This document shows, one piece after another, positions 43,018 through 52,119 of a stretch of 64,000 bases of DNA. The stretch is taken from NCBI GenBank assembly GCA_963665115.1, contig OY762007.1, positions 6,432,001 through 6,496,000 on the forward strand, read 5' to 3'. The position numbers were made by a program, and so were the translations under genes. Every line of letters begins with the position of its first letter. Within the stretch, counting starts at the first letter, position 1. Under the pieces are notes generated by a model. It saw only the letters and a list, made by a program, of their open reading frames with translations, was not told the DNA's origin and did not search any database. This stretch comes from an uncultured Rivularia sp. (GTDB lineage: Bacteria; Cyanobacteriota; Cyanobacteriia; Cyanobacteriales; Nostocaceae).

Positions 43018-43359
43018 TTAAGCAACAGCAAAATCAGTATCGCTACGTACTTCTGGAGGATGAAAACCCAGAACTATATCACTTTGAGGAACACCAGAAT
43101 TAACTAAATCATTGGCAATTCCAACTTCTGTCCAATCTTCTTCAATCCAAATTTTGTTATTTTTAATCTGAATATGAATTGTGATTCCTTTGACTCGTTC
43201 TTTTTGATTCCAACCAACTTGAAACCAAATGTATTGGTTGTGTTCATCGTCAAAGGCTAAAATTGTTTCTACTTCTGGTATCGGTGGATTATTTGCTAAT
43301 TGGTCATATTGTATCAAAATATTTTTTATTAACGTGCGATAGTGAATTATTTTATCCAT
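43018..43359 (-). CDS. xisI: XisI family protein
   Basis: MDKIIHYR...VGW...IHIQIKNNKIWIEEDWTEVGIANDLVNSGVPQSDIVLGFHPP. Confidence 0.93.
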   Translation of the reverse strand: MDKIIHYRTLIKNILIQYDQLANNPPIPEVETILAFDDEHNQYIWFQVGWNQKERVKGITIHIQIKNNKIWIEEDWTEVGIANDLVNSGVPQSDIVLGFHPPEVRSDTDFAVA

Positions 43360-43763
43360 TGTGTAATTACCTCATTTGCAATATCTACAATTACTAAATT
43401 CATTTTATTTTGTTTAATAATGAATTGAGTCGCTTTTCGTTGAAAAAAGTTTATATAAGTACGCTCGTTGATAGCTAAGTATAAATCATAATCAGGAACC
43501 GTTTCTGTTAATAAGTTCCGATAGATAATATACTGACCTAAAGCTCCTTCCAAATCTCGAATGAAGGATGCACCAGTAAAGCTTTTAACTTCAACTACTA
43601 TCTTTTCTCCAGAGCGCTCGGCTAAAAGTGGACGCTCTGCGGCTAAATCAGCAAATAATTTAATTTCTTCATATCTAATTGTGTAAGGGTCGGCTGTAAT
43701 GATCCACCCATCATTAATTAGAGCATTTTTTACTGCATCATGAATAATATCTTTAGATGGCAT
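43347..43763 (-). CDS. xisH: XisH family protein (PD-(D/E)xK nuclease fold)
   Basis: MPSKDIIHDAVKNALINDGWIITADP...ADLAAE...VEVKSF...ALGQY; overlaps the xisI start. Confidence 0.93.
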   Translation of the reverse strand: MPSKDIIHDAVKNALINDGWIITADPYTIRYEEIKLFADLAAERPLLAERSGEKIVVEVKSFTGASFIRDLEGALGQYIIYRNLLTETVPDYDLYLAINERTYINFFQRKATQFIIKQNKMNLVIVDIANEVITQWIK

Positions 43764-43854
43764 TGGTTTAACGAAAAACAAATGTACTTATCTTTTGATA
43801 TTGTCTCTCACAATTGACACATCTTTGGATTAGTATCATACAGAGGTTTGTTTT

Positions 43855-43922
43855 GGTGCGTTAGACGAATTCTAAATTATTCGTGAAATCACAATATTGT
43901 CGTGCGTCTAACAGCACCCTAC
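43855..43922 (-). repeat. GTAGGGTG REP-like long hairpin
   Basis: ggtgcgttagacg...cgtctaacagcaccctac. Confidence 0.7.
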
Positions 43923-43936
43923 AAAAGAATAATTTC

Positions 43937-44176
43937 TTATTTACTAGATTGATGCAATCTCTTTTTATATTTTGCTGATTTTTTACGGATTATATTAGTT
44001 TCTGCTCTATTCGGAATATGAGGTCTTTCACTCAAAACCTGTTTCAATTGTTCAAGATTAAACACATAACCATCATAATCAATATCACCTCCACCACGTA
44101 AGTATTTGTAACAATCATTTTTCAATTCAATAAGCTGTTTGGTATGAAGTGTTCTCAACCATTCTATTCCAGTCAT
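43937..44176 (-). CDS. Small basic hypothetical protein (79 aa)
   Basis: ATG-started ORF between two REP clusters; no recognisable motif. Confidence 0.5.
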   Translation of the reverse strand: MTGIEWLRTLHTKQLIELKNDCYKYLRGGGDIDYDGYVFNLEQLKQVLSERPHIPNRAETNIIRKKSAKYKKRLHQSSK

Positions 44177-44238
44177 ATTTTTATTAAAAAGCTATACAAT
44201 ATTTTTCAATTATAATCTCGTTAAATTTCTAGTAACTT

Positions 44239-44365
44239 AGCCCACGAAGGTGGGCTTTGTTCCTGTAGCCCCACCCTTCGAGGGTGAGGGCGATTTGTTC
44301 GCTTCCCGTAAAAACCTTTATTAATTAACGATAACTCTTGTAGAGACGTAGCAGTGCTACGTCTC
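44239..44365. repeat. Cluster of palindromic repeats (double hairpin 44239-44292; GTAGAGACG REP 44340-44365)
   Basis: agcccacgaaggtgggct, cccacccttcgagggtgaggg, gtagagacgtagcagtgctacgtctc. Confidence 0.8.
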
Positions 44366-44419
44366 CCCATCATCTATGGTTTTAAATAACTATTTCTACA
44401 ACTTCCAAAAACCAAAACT

Positions 44420-46528
44420 ATGCTAAAAGTATTTGCAGACAGGGGTGGAACTTTTACCGATATTGTTGCCGTCACCGACAATCAAACCACAATCAACCAA
44501 CTCGCAAATCATCCCCAGCGCTTTTTAATTGTTCCTCTTCCCAACCAGCAATGGGTAATCGTTTATAAACTACTCTCCGAAAATCCCGAACAATATCAAG
44601 ATGCAGCTATTCAAGCTATTCGCGATATTCTCGGAATTTCCAGCAATCAGCCCATTCCTACTGAAGAAATTGAAGTGGTAAAAATGGGTACTACTGTCGC
44701 TACTAATGCTTTATTAGAAAGAAAGGGAGACAGGGTTTTACTTGTCATCACTAAGGGATTCAAAGACGCTTTACGAATCGGTTATCAAAATCGTCCCGAT
44801 ATTTTTGCTCGTCACATCGTTTTACCTTCGATGCTTTACGAGCAGGTTGTTGAAGTTAACGAGCGCTACGATGCGAAGGGTAATGAGCTAATTCCGGTAG
44901 ATGTTGAACAAGTTAAACAAGATTTACAAGCTGTTTTCAACAAAGGAATTCGTAGCTGTGCTGTTGTGTTAATGCACAGTTATAATTATCCGCAACACGA
45001 GCAACAGGTGGCTAAAGTTGCTCAAGATATTGGTTTTACGCAGATATCTATTTCTCACGAAGTTAGTCCGTTGATGAAGTTGGTTAGCCGGGGTGATACG
45101 ACGGTTGTTGATGCGTATCTAACTCCTATTCTACGTCGCTATGTTGACTCTGTAGCTAGTCAATTACCCGGTGTTAAATTAATGTTTATGAAGTCGGATG
45201 GCGGCTTAGTTGATGCCCAGCAATTCCAAGGTAAGGATAGCATTTTAAGCGGCCCTGCGGGGGGTATTGTGGGTGCGGTGCAAACTAGTTTGCGGGGTGG
45301 TTTTAATTCGATAATTACTTTTGATATGGGGGGAACTAGTACTGATGTTGCCCATTTTAACGGGGAATACGAGCGGCAGTTAGAAAACGAAATTGCTGGA
45401 GCAAGAATGCGGGTTCCTGTATTGGCAATACATACAATTGCTGCGGGTGGTGGCTCTATTTTATCGTTTGATGGTTCTAGCTATCGCGTGGGGCCGGAAT
45501 CTGCTGGCTCAAATCCGGGGCCTGCTTGTTACCGTCGCGGGGGTAAGTTGGCGGTGACGGATGCTAATGTCATGTTGGGTAAAATTCATCCGCAATATTT
45601 CCCTGCGGTGTTTGGTAAGAATGGGAATTTACCTTTAGATAAAGATGTTGTTACTGAAAAATTTATACAGCTAGCGCAGGATATAGAAACAGCTACGGGA
45701 AACCATCGTACACCCGAACAGGTTGCAGCAGGATTTATTTCCATTGCTGTGGAAAGTATGGCGAATGCGATTAAAAAAATAAGTCTGCAACGCGGTTATG
45801 ACGTAACTAATTATGCGCTTTGCTGTTTTGGGGGAGCGGGAGCGCAGGTTGCTTGTTTAATTGCAGATACTTTGGGAATGAAGAAGATTTTTCTACATCC
45901 TTATGCTGGGGTGCTTTCTGCTTATGGTATGGGTTTGGCTGATGTGAGAGCGATACGGGAAGCGGGGGTGGAGCAGGTTTTAAACGATCGGTTGTTGGAA
46001 GAATTGGGGGGGTTGATGGAAAAGTTGGAAAGTCAAGGGAGGGGAGAATTAAAAACGCAGAGGAGCGCGGAGGTTAACGCGGAGGAAGAAGTTATAAGAA
46101 AAGTTAATTTGAAGTATGAGGGGACTAATTCTGTTTTGGGGGTTGATTTTAATGCAAACGTGAAAGTGATGCGCTTTGAGTTTGAGCGGGAGCATCAGTT
46201 GAGATATGGTTTTATTCAAGCTGAGAAAAATTTGATTGTGGAGTCGGTTTCGGTGGAGGTGATTCAAAAAATGGATACTCCGGAGGAAGCTTTAGTTAAA
46301 CGTAGTCGGGGTTTGGATGAATTTCCGATTGCTGTGGAAACGGTGCAGATGTTTAGTAATGATAAGTGGTATTCGGCTCCCGTTTATCGCAGGGAAGATT
46401 TGCAACCGGGGGATGTTATTCAAGGTGCGGCAATTATTGTGGAGAAGATTAGTACGATTGCGATTGAGCCGAATTGGGAAGCTGAATTAAGCGAGCTGAA
46501 TCATTTGCAGTTATCAGTTAACAGTTAA
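44420..46528 (+). CDS. 5-oxoprolinase/hydantoinase A subunit (ATP-dependent)
   Basis: DRGGTFTD, MGTTVATNALLERKG, SGPAGG, DMGGTSTDV, AAGGGS. Confidence 0.92.
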   Translation: MLKVFADRGGTFTDIVAVTDNQTTINQLANHPQRFLIVPLPNQQWVIVYKLLSENPEQYQDAAIQAIRDILGISSNQPIPTEEIEVVKMGTTVATNALLERKGDRVLLVITKGFKDALRIGYQNRPDIFARHIVLPSMLYEQVVEVNERYDAKGNELIPVDVEQVKQDLQAVFNKGIRSCAVVLMHSYNYPQHEQQVAKVAQDIGFTQISISHEVSPLMKLVSRGDTTVVDAYLTPILRRYVDSVASQLPGVKLMFMKSDGGLVDAQQFQGKDSILSGPAGGIVGAVQTSLRGGFNSIITFDMGGTSTDVAHFNGEYERQLENEIAGARMRVPVLAIHTIAAGGGSILSFDGSSYRVGPESAGSNPGPACYRRGGKLAVTDANVMLGKIHPQYFPAVFGKNGNLPLDKDVVTEKFIQLAQDIETATGNHRTPEQVAAGFISIAVESMANAIKKISLQRGYDVTNYALCCFGGAGAQVACLIADTLGMKKIFLHPYAGVLSAYGMGLADVRAIREAGVEQVLNDRLLEELGGLMEKLESQGRGELKTQRSAEVNAEEEVIRKVNLKYEGTNSVLGVDFNANVKVMRFEFEREHQLRYGFIQAEKNLIVESVSVEVIQKMDTPEEALVKRSRGLDEFPIAVETVQMFSNDKWYSAPVYRREDLQPGDVIQGAAIIVEKISTIAIEPNWEAELSELNHLQLSVNS

Positions 46529-46558
46529 CAGCGAGCAGTAATATTTTTACAAGGTTTG

Positions 46559-46661
46559 TAAGTTGTTACGCACTTAATTTGTATAGTACTAGCGGGCAAG
46601 ATGCCCGCACTACAATAATTACCAAATTTTGTTTTATACAATTTAGCTGCACATCAGCTTA
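46559..46661. mobile_element. 103-bp MITE-like element (TIR TAAGYTG..CGCA..TAAWTT) carrying a REP hairpin
   Basis: taagttgttacgcacttaatttgtata...tatacaatttagctgcacatcagctta; internal gcgggcaagatgcccgcactac; inverted homolog at 57710-57861. Confidence 0.75.
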
Positions 46662-46740
46662 GTCAGAATTTTAATCCTTGATATAAGAGTTAAAACTCTT
46701 ACTACGAACTTTTTATTTACTGTTCACTGCTAACTGCTCA

Positions 46741-47337
46741 CTATCTGTTTCTTCGGCGAATAAATGAAATTATTAAGAAAATTGCTAAGGAAGCGAAAAC
46801 AATTCCAGAAATTGGTCCAATATATTTTTCTACTAATTGAAAATTATTTCCTAATATGAAACCTGCATAAGTTAACAGTGCTGTCCATATGAAGCTACCC
46901 GCAAAAGAATATAATATAAAAGGCACTAAAGACATTTTATCTAAACCTGCGGGAACGGAAATAAAAGTACGAATACCGGGAACTAAACGACCGAAAAATA
47001 CTGTTGCTTTGCCGTATTTATCTAACCACCTTTTCGATTTATCTATATCCGCACCCGACAAAGTTAACCATTTTCCATATTTATCTATCCACTCTCGCAA
47101 ACGTCTTTCACCTACAAGTTTACCAACATAATACCAAGGTAATACTCCTAAAACAGAACCCAGAGTTCCTGCTAAAATTACAAATTGCATACTTAGCTTA
47201 CCTTGAGTTACTGTGAATCCCGCTAAGGGCATAATTAATTCTGAAGGTATGGGTGGGAAGACGTTTTCTAAAAACATTAGTAAAGCAATTCCCACGTAGC
47301 CAAATGAAGATATAATATTAGTGACCCAATCGAGCAT
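46741..47337 (-). CDS. DedA family membrane protein
   Basis: LENVFPPIPSELIMPLAG, FFGRLVPGIRTFISVPAG. Confidence 0.93.
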   Translation of the reverse strand: MLDWVTNIISSFGYVGIALLMFLENVFPPIPSELIMPLAGFTVTQGKLSMQFVILAGTLGSVLGVLPWYYVGKLVGERRLREWIDKYGKWLTLSGADIDKSKRWLDKYGKATVFFGRLVPGIRTFISVPAGLDKMSLVPFILYSFAGSFIWTALLTYAGFILGNNFQLVEKYIGPISGIVFASLAIFLIISFIRRRNR

Positions 47338-47435
47338 TTTATTTTATAGGGAGTAGAGAATAGGAAAGGGGAATAGAATAAAGAAATAATATTAAGAACG
47401 TGACTAATTAATTTTAAATGGTAGACCGGATAGTT

Positions 47436-49383
47436 TTATTTTCTTGTTTCAGTTAAATTAATTACCGCGTTAATCAGTTCATCGGCATCAAAAGGTTTTG
47501 CTAAATGTATTTGAAAACCTGCATCTAAAGACTTTCTACAGTCTTCTTCGGATGCAAATGCCGTCAGCGCGATCGCAACAACATCACCTCCACGATTATA
47601 GGGAAGCTGACGAACTTTCTTTAACAAACTTAAACCGTCTTCTACGGGCATTCCAATATCACTGATTAAAATATCGGGTACGAAACTTTTAAGTTTATGC
47701 AAAGCTGTTTCAGCCGAATTTGCTAATTCAACTTCAGCACCTTGCTCTTCTAAAATAAAGGCTAATAGTTCGCGAGCATCAGGTTCGTCATCTACTATTA
47801 ACGCTTTGATTCCATTCAGTTGCTTGTCACTATCTTTTGATTCTGGTAATGGTTGTGGCTTGATATTACTCGATTTTATGGGGAATTTCACCGTAAAAGT
47901 TGCCCCTTGTTCCTCTCCCAAACTTTCTGCCAAGATTGTTCCACCGTGGGCTTCTACTAAGTTACGCGAGATTGCCAAACCCAAGCCTAATCCACCTTTG
48001 GAACGAGTTGTGGAACCATCTGCTTGACGAAAATATTCAAAAATTGCAGGTAGAAAATCGGAACTTATACCGATGCCTGTATCGCTGACTTGAATTTGAA
48101 CCATTGAATTTACTTCTTGTAAGTTAATTTCAATGCTTCCTCCCTCGGGAGTAAATTTAATTGCGTTAGAAAGTAAATTCCACAATATCTGAGAAAGACG
48201 ATTGGAATCCCCAACTACGCAAGCAACATTATCAGCTAATTTAAGCTGTACGTTAATAGATTTGGCTTCTGCTGCTAAAGCTAAAGTTTCTACAGTCTGG
48301 CGAATTACGCTTTTTAAATCAACTGGATTTAATTCTAAATTAAGTTTGCCGCGAATTATCCGCGAAACATCTAATAAATCTTCGACTAATTGCGCTTGTA
48401 AAGTTGCATTACGATCGATAACTTCTAACGCTTGCTCAAATCTTTCTGGTTTAATTCTGCCACTACTAATCAGTTTAGTCCATCCCAAAATTGCATTGAG
48501 TGGAGTCCGCAATTCATGAGAAACTACTGCTAGAAATTCATCTTTGATACGACTGGCTTTTTCTGCCTCCGCACGAGCTTTCTGCTCTCGCTGTAGTAAA
48601 ACCCTACGCTCTGCTTCTACTTGTTTGTTTAAAGTAATATCAACCGCAGTCATTATAAAGCAACTGCTATTTCCTTCACTGTCATGGATAGGTGCTAGGG
48701 AAACATTTATATCAACTTCAGAACCATCTTTTCTTAGATGACGAAATTCTAAATTTTTTAAAGTCTGGCTTTGCAATACTCTTTCTACGCAAGCTGTAAA
48801 AGCATTTTTATAACTTTCGGAAATAACTGGTAGCGGTTGATGTAAAATTTCAAACGATTTCCAACCGTAAATTTGCTCTGCTGTCTTATTCCAAGTTAAA
48901 ACTTGATAATCCAAGCTCAAAGTAATAATTGCCACTGGAGAAGCATCAACCACCGCTCGCAACATATCATCTGTTTGACGTAAGGATTCTTCGGCACGTT
49001 GGAGTTCGTGACGTTTCCTGGCTTTCGCGCAAAGCTCGTTTTACTGAGGGGAGCAAACGCTCTAATCGCTGTTTGAGAACGTAATCAGTTGCTCCATCTT
49101 TAAGTGCTTCTATAGCTCTTTCTTCTCCTAATACCCCAGAAACTAATATAAAAGGTACATCCGGACGAATTTCTTGAGCTATTTTTAAAGCAGAAATTCC
49201 GTCAAATTGAGGAAGCAGATAGTCAGATAAAATTAAATCTAAATTGTCATTTTGCAATTCTGTTAAAAAATCTGTGCGATTCGCAACTTGCTTTAGTTCG
49301 CAGTTTATACCACCATTTTTCAAGGTAGCGCCGATTAACTCTCTATCTGCGGCATCATCTTCTAACAACAGAATATACAGCAT
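47436..49383 (-). CDS. Hybrid histidine kinase REC-PAS-HisKA-HATPase-REC (~648 aa); frameshift at 49014-49016
   Basis: ILLLEDD...ILSDY REC; KDEFLAVVSHELRTPL; NLLSNAIKFT; GGLGLGL; C-terminal REC. Removing one base joins the ORFs (QERHELQRAEESLRQTDDMLR). Confidence 0.9.
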
Positions 49384-49684
49384 TTTTTGAGAAAGCCGAT
49401 TATTGGATAAAGTGTTTACTAGCAAAGTTACTACCTCCTGAGTGCTTGGCAAAAATTCCTTAATTATTAATTTCCTCACCTGAAGAATACTAAAATATAT
49501 AATTATTACCGTCTATCTAAAGAAGAATTTTTTACATTTCTTTAGACAGGGTATTAAAAAAAAATAAAATTTATTATTTAGGAATTATGAGTAAAAAATT
49601 CATAAACTTAATTAATTTTTAATCTTTAGTGCTTGACTTTTCACCCTGGTAATTGTTATCTGTATTCCGTTCTATCGCGCTTGG

Positions 49685-51175
49685 CTAACATTGATTATTT
49701 GGTAATGAGAAATAAAATGTTGTCCCTTGATTTACTGTTGATTCCGCCCAAATTCTTCCTCCGTGACGATGAATAATTCGCTGTACGTTAGCAAGTCCGA
49801 TTCCGGTTCCTTCAAACTCTGCGTTAGTATGCAATCTTTGAAAAATGCCAAATATTCTTTCAACGTAGCGCATATTAAACCCGACTCCGTTATCTTTAAT
49901 GAAAAAAGTTATTTCTGAGGAGTTGCTGATAATACCAATATTAATTTTTGTAATATCTTCATAACTAGTATATTTAAAAGCATTTTCAATCAAATTTTGC
50001 CAAACTATTCTGATTAAAGTGCGATCGCCATTTATATTCGGAAGCGATTCGATATCCCAAATGATTTTCCTATTATGGTTTTGTGATATTATTTGCTGTT
50101 TAATTTCTTGTACCAAACGATTCATATCAACGCTGCTGTAGAGCATTTCAAATCTTCCGGTACTAGAAAATTCCATTAAATCATCGATCATCTTACCGGC
50201 TCGTTTGGTAAGTTTAAGAATCATTCCTAAATAAGTTTCAATATCTTCCGAAAGATTGATTGATGATAAAGACTGTTGTAGTAAATCGGCAAAACTATAA
50301 ACTTGACGAATTGGCGATCGCAAATCATGAGATATTGAATAAGCAAAGGTTTCTAATTCTTTGTTGGTTGCTTCTAGTTGAGCAGTACGCTCTATAACAC
50401 GATGTTCGAGAGTTTTATTAAGTTGTTTAATTTCAGCTTCAGCGGATTTTCGTTCGGTAATATCTTGCAGCAAACCATCAATCACAGTTTCGCCATTTAA
50501 CTCGGTAAGAGTTTCGCTCAACATTAACCAAGTGATATTTCCATCGAGCAATAATTTAACTTCTTTCTCCCAAGGTGGTTTAATATCTGAATCAACGAAA
50601 TTTAATTGTGGATAATTACGAAAAAAGATTCTTGCTTCTTCTGGAGTATTTAAATTTAAAAGACGTAAAAAGCCATCATTAGATTCAATTAATTCCCCAT
50701 CTAAAGTAGCCCGAAATACTCCTACATTCAGTTGGTTCAACAAAAATTGCAAGCGTAAACTTGTTTGATTTAATCTTAAGCGAGTTTGAGCATTTTCCCA
50801 AGCTAGACGTACGGCTTGACTCAAACGCACAAAATGCTTGGGTGATTTAATTACATAATCATCCAATCCTGCTTTCATTGCTTCAATCGCAACTTCCTGA
50901 GTACCGGAATTAGTAAACATGATTACCGGAACATCGGGATGACGAAATTTTAAAGCATTCAGAACATCAAGCCCATTTGTCCATTTGAGTTGATAATCTG
51001 TAATAACTAAATCGTAATTATCTGCTTCCAATATTGACGCTAACCCATCAGCATCATTAATTTCTACTATATGCAACTCAGAAAACTCTTTTCCAAGTTC
51101 TCGAATAGCTAAAAGACGGTCATCTGGGTTATCATCTACAATGACAACATTTTCTAAAGGACGAACCTGATTCAT
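49685..51175 (-). CDS. REC-PAS-histidine kinase
   Basis: VVIVDDNPDD, VITDY; LETFAYSISHDLRSP; NLIENAFKY; GTGIGLA. Confidence 0.92.
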   Translation of the reverse strand: MNQVRPLENVVIVDDNPDDRLLAIRELGKEFSELHIVEINDADGLASILEADNYDLVITDYQLKWTNGLDVLNALKFRHPDVPVIMFTNSGTQEVAIEAMKAGLDDYVIKSPKHFVRLSQAVRLAWENAQTRLRLNQTSLRLQFLLNQLNVGVFRATLDGELIESNDGFLRLLNLNTPEEARIFFRNYPQLNFVDSDIKPPWEKEVKLLLDGNITWLMLSETLTELNGETVIDGLLQDITERKSAEAEIKQLNKTLEHRVIERTAQLEATNKELETFAYSISHDLRSPIRQVYSFADLLQQSLSSINLSEDIETYLGMILKLTKRAGKMIDDLMEFSSTGRFEMLYSSVDMNRLVQEIKQQIISQNHNRKIIWDIESLPNINGDRTLIRIVWQNLIENAFKYTSYEDITKINIGIISNSSEITFFIKDNGVGFNMRYVERIFGIFQRLHTNAEFEGTGIGLANVQRIIHRHGGRIWAESTVNQGTTFYFSLPNNQC

Positions 51176-51468
51176 ATATTAATGACATAGAAACTTTACA
51201 AGTTGCTGCTATATTCATGCAATATTGAGTTAATGAACCGAGTAATAAATTAATATTAAAATTACTGCTCGATCGATAAACTTTCAGATTAGGTCAAATA
51301 TTGAATAATCAAATATTTGATTGTAAGCAGTCAAGATAGTCTGTAATTCGTAATTATTCAGTAATATATTAATTAGCTTTATGTAAATAGTTTATTTTTT
51401 CTGTGTTCTATAAAATGAAGACCAAAAAATAAAGCTAGCAAAACAGCAAATAACTTCATAAAAGTATA

Positions 51469-51924
51469 CTATGTAGATGCAATTGAAGGGTAGCAATTTA
51501 GGTCTAACCAAAAAGCATTAAGCGTTTTAATCATTTCATTCAAAGCTTTATAATTAACTGGCTTTAATAGATATGAGTTGACTCCAATATCGTAAGCTCT
51601 ATTTACGTCAACATTTTCTTTAGAAGAAGTTAATATTACAACTGGAATGCGTTTGAGAACTGGTTGACTTCTGAGCCATTCAAGAACCTCCAAACCCGAA
51701 CGACGCGGAAGTTTGAGGTCTAGAAGAATCATACCGGGTAAAGGATAAAAATTTCTATTCCCATAATCTCCCTCACCCGAAAGATAGGCAACAGCTTCAT
51801 CACCGTCGCGCACAACCTGTATGCTGGGGTTCTCCAAATCACTACGACGAAAAGCCCGTTGAATAAACAGGATATCGTTCGGATCGTCCTCTACCAAAAG
51901 AATTCCAGACTCTTTTAAACCCAT
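51469..51924 (-). CDS. Single-domain response regulator (Rcp1-like)
   Basis: ILLVEDDPND, ILLDLKLP, LTSS, NSYLLKP. Confidence 0.93.
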   Translation of the reverse strand: MGLKESGILLVEDDPNDILFIQRAFRRSDLENPSIQVVRDGDEAVAYLSGEGDYGNRNFYPLPGMILLDLKLPRRSGLEVLEWLRSQPVLKRIPVVILTSSKENVDVNRAYDIGVNSYLLKPVNYKALNEMIKTLNAFWLDLNCYPSIAST

Positions 51925-52089
51925 TATGATTAATATTATTTGGATAATATTCTAAATTGCCTTAAACCTATCATCATTCCAATCTATATTAAAGGCTTAC
52001 TTCTGAACTTTAAATTAATATACTTTTGGAAGTTGTATTTAAACTTTACATATGGTATTAAAAAACGATTACTCCCTTCCTGACTCTAC

Positions 52090-52117
52090 GATAACTGATA
52101 ACTGATAACTGATAACT
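52090..52117 (+). repeat. STRR heptamer array (GATAACT)4
   Basis: Perfect tandem heptamers. Confidence 0.85.
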
Positions 52118-52119
52118 GT

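Noticed and set aside
43018..43763. xisH/xisI as a heterocyst fdxN-type excision element
   Set aside because: No XisF-like recombinase and no interrupted nif/fdx/hup gene; xisHI pairs are commonly dispersed
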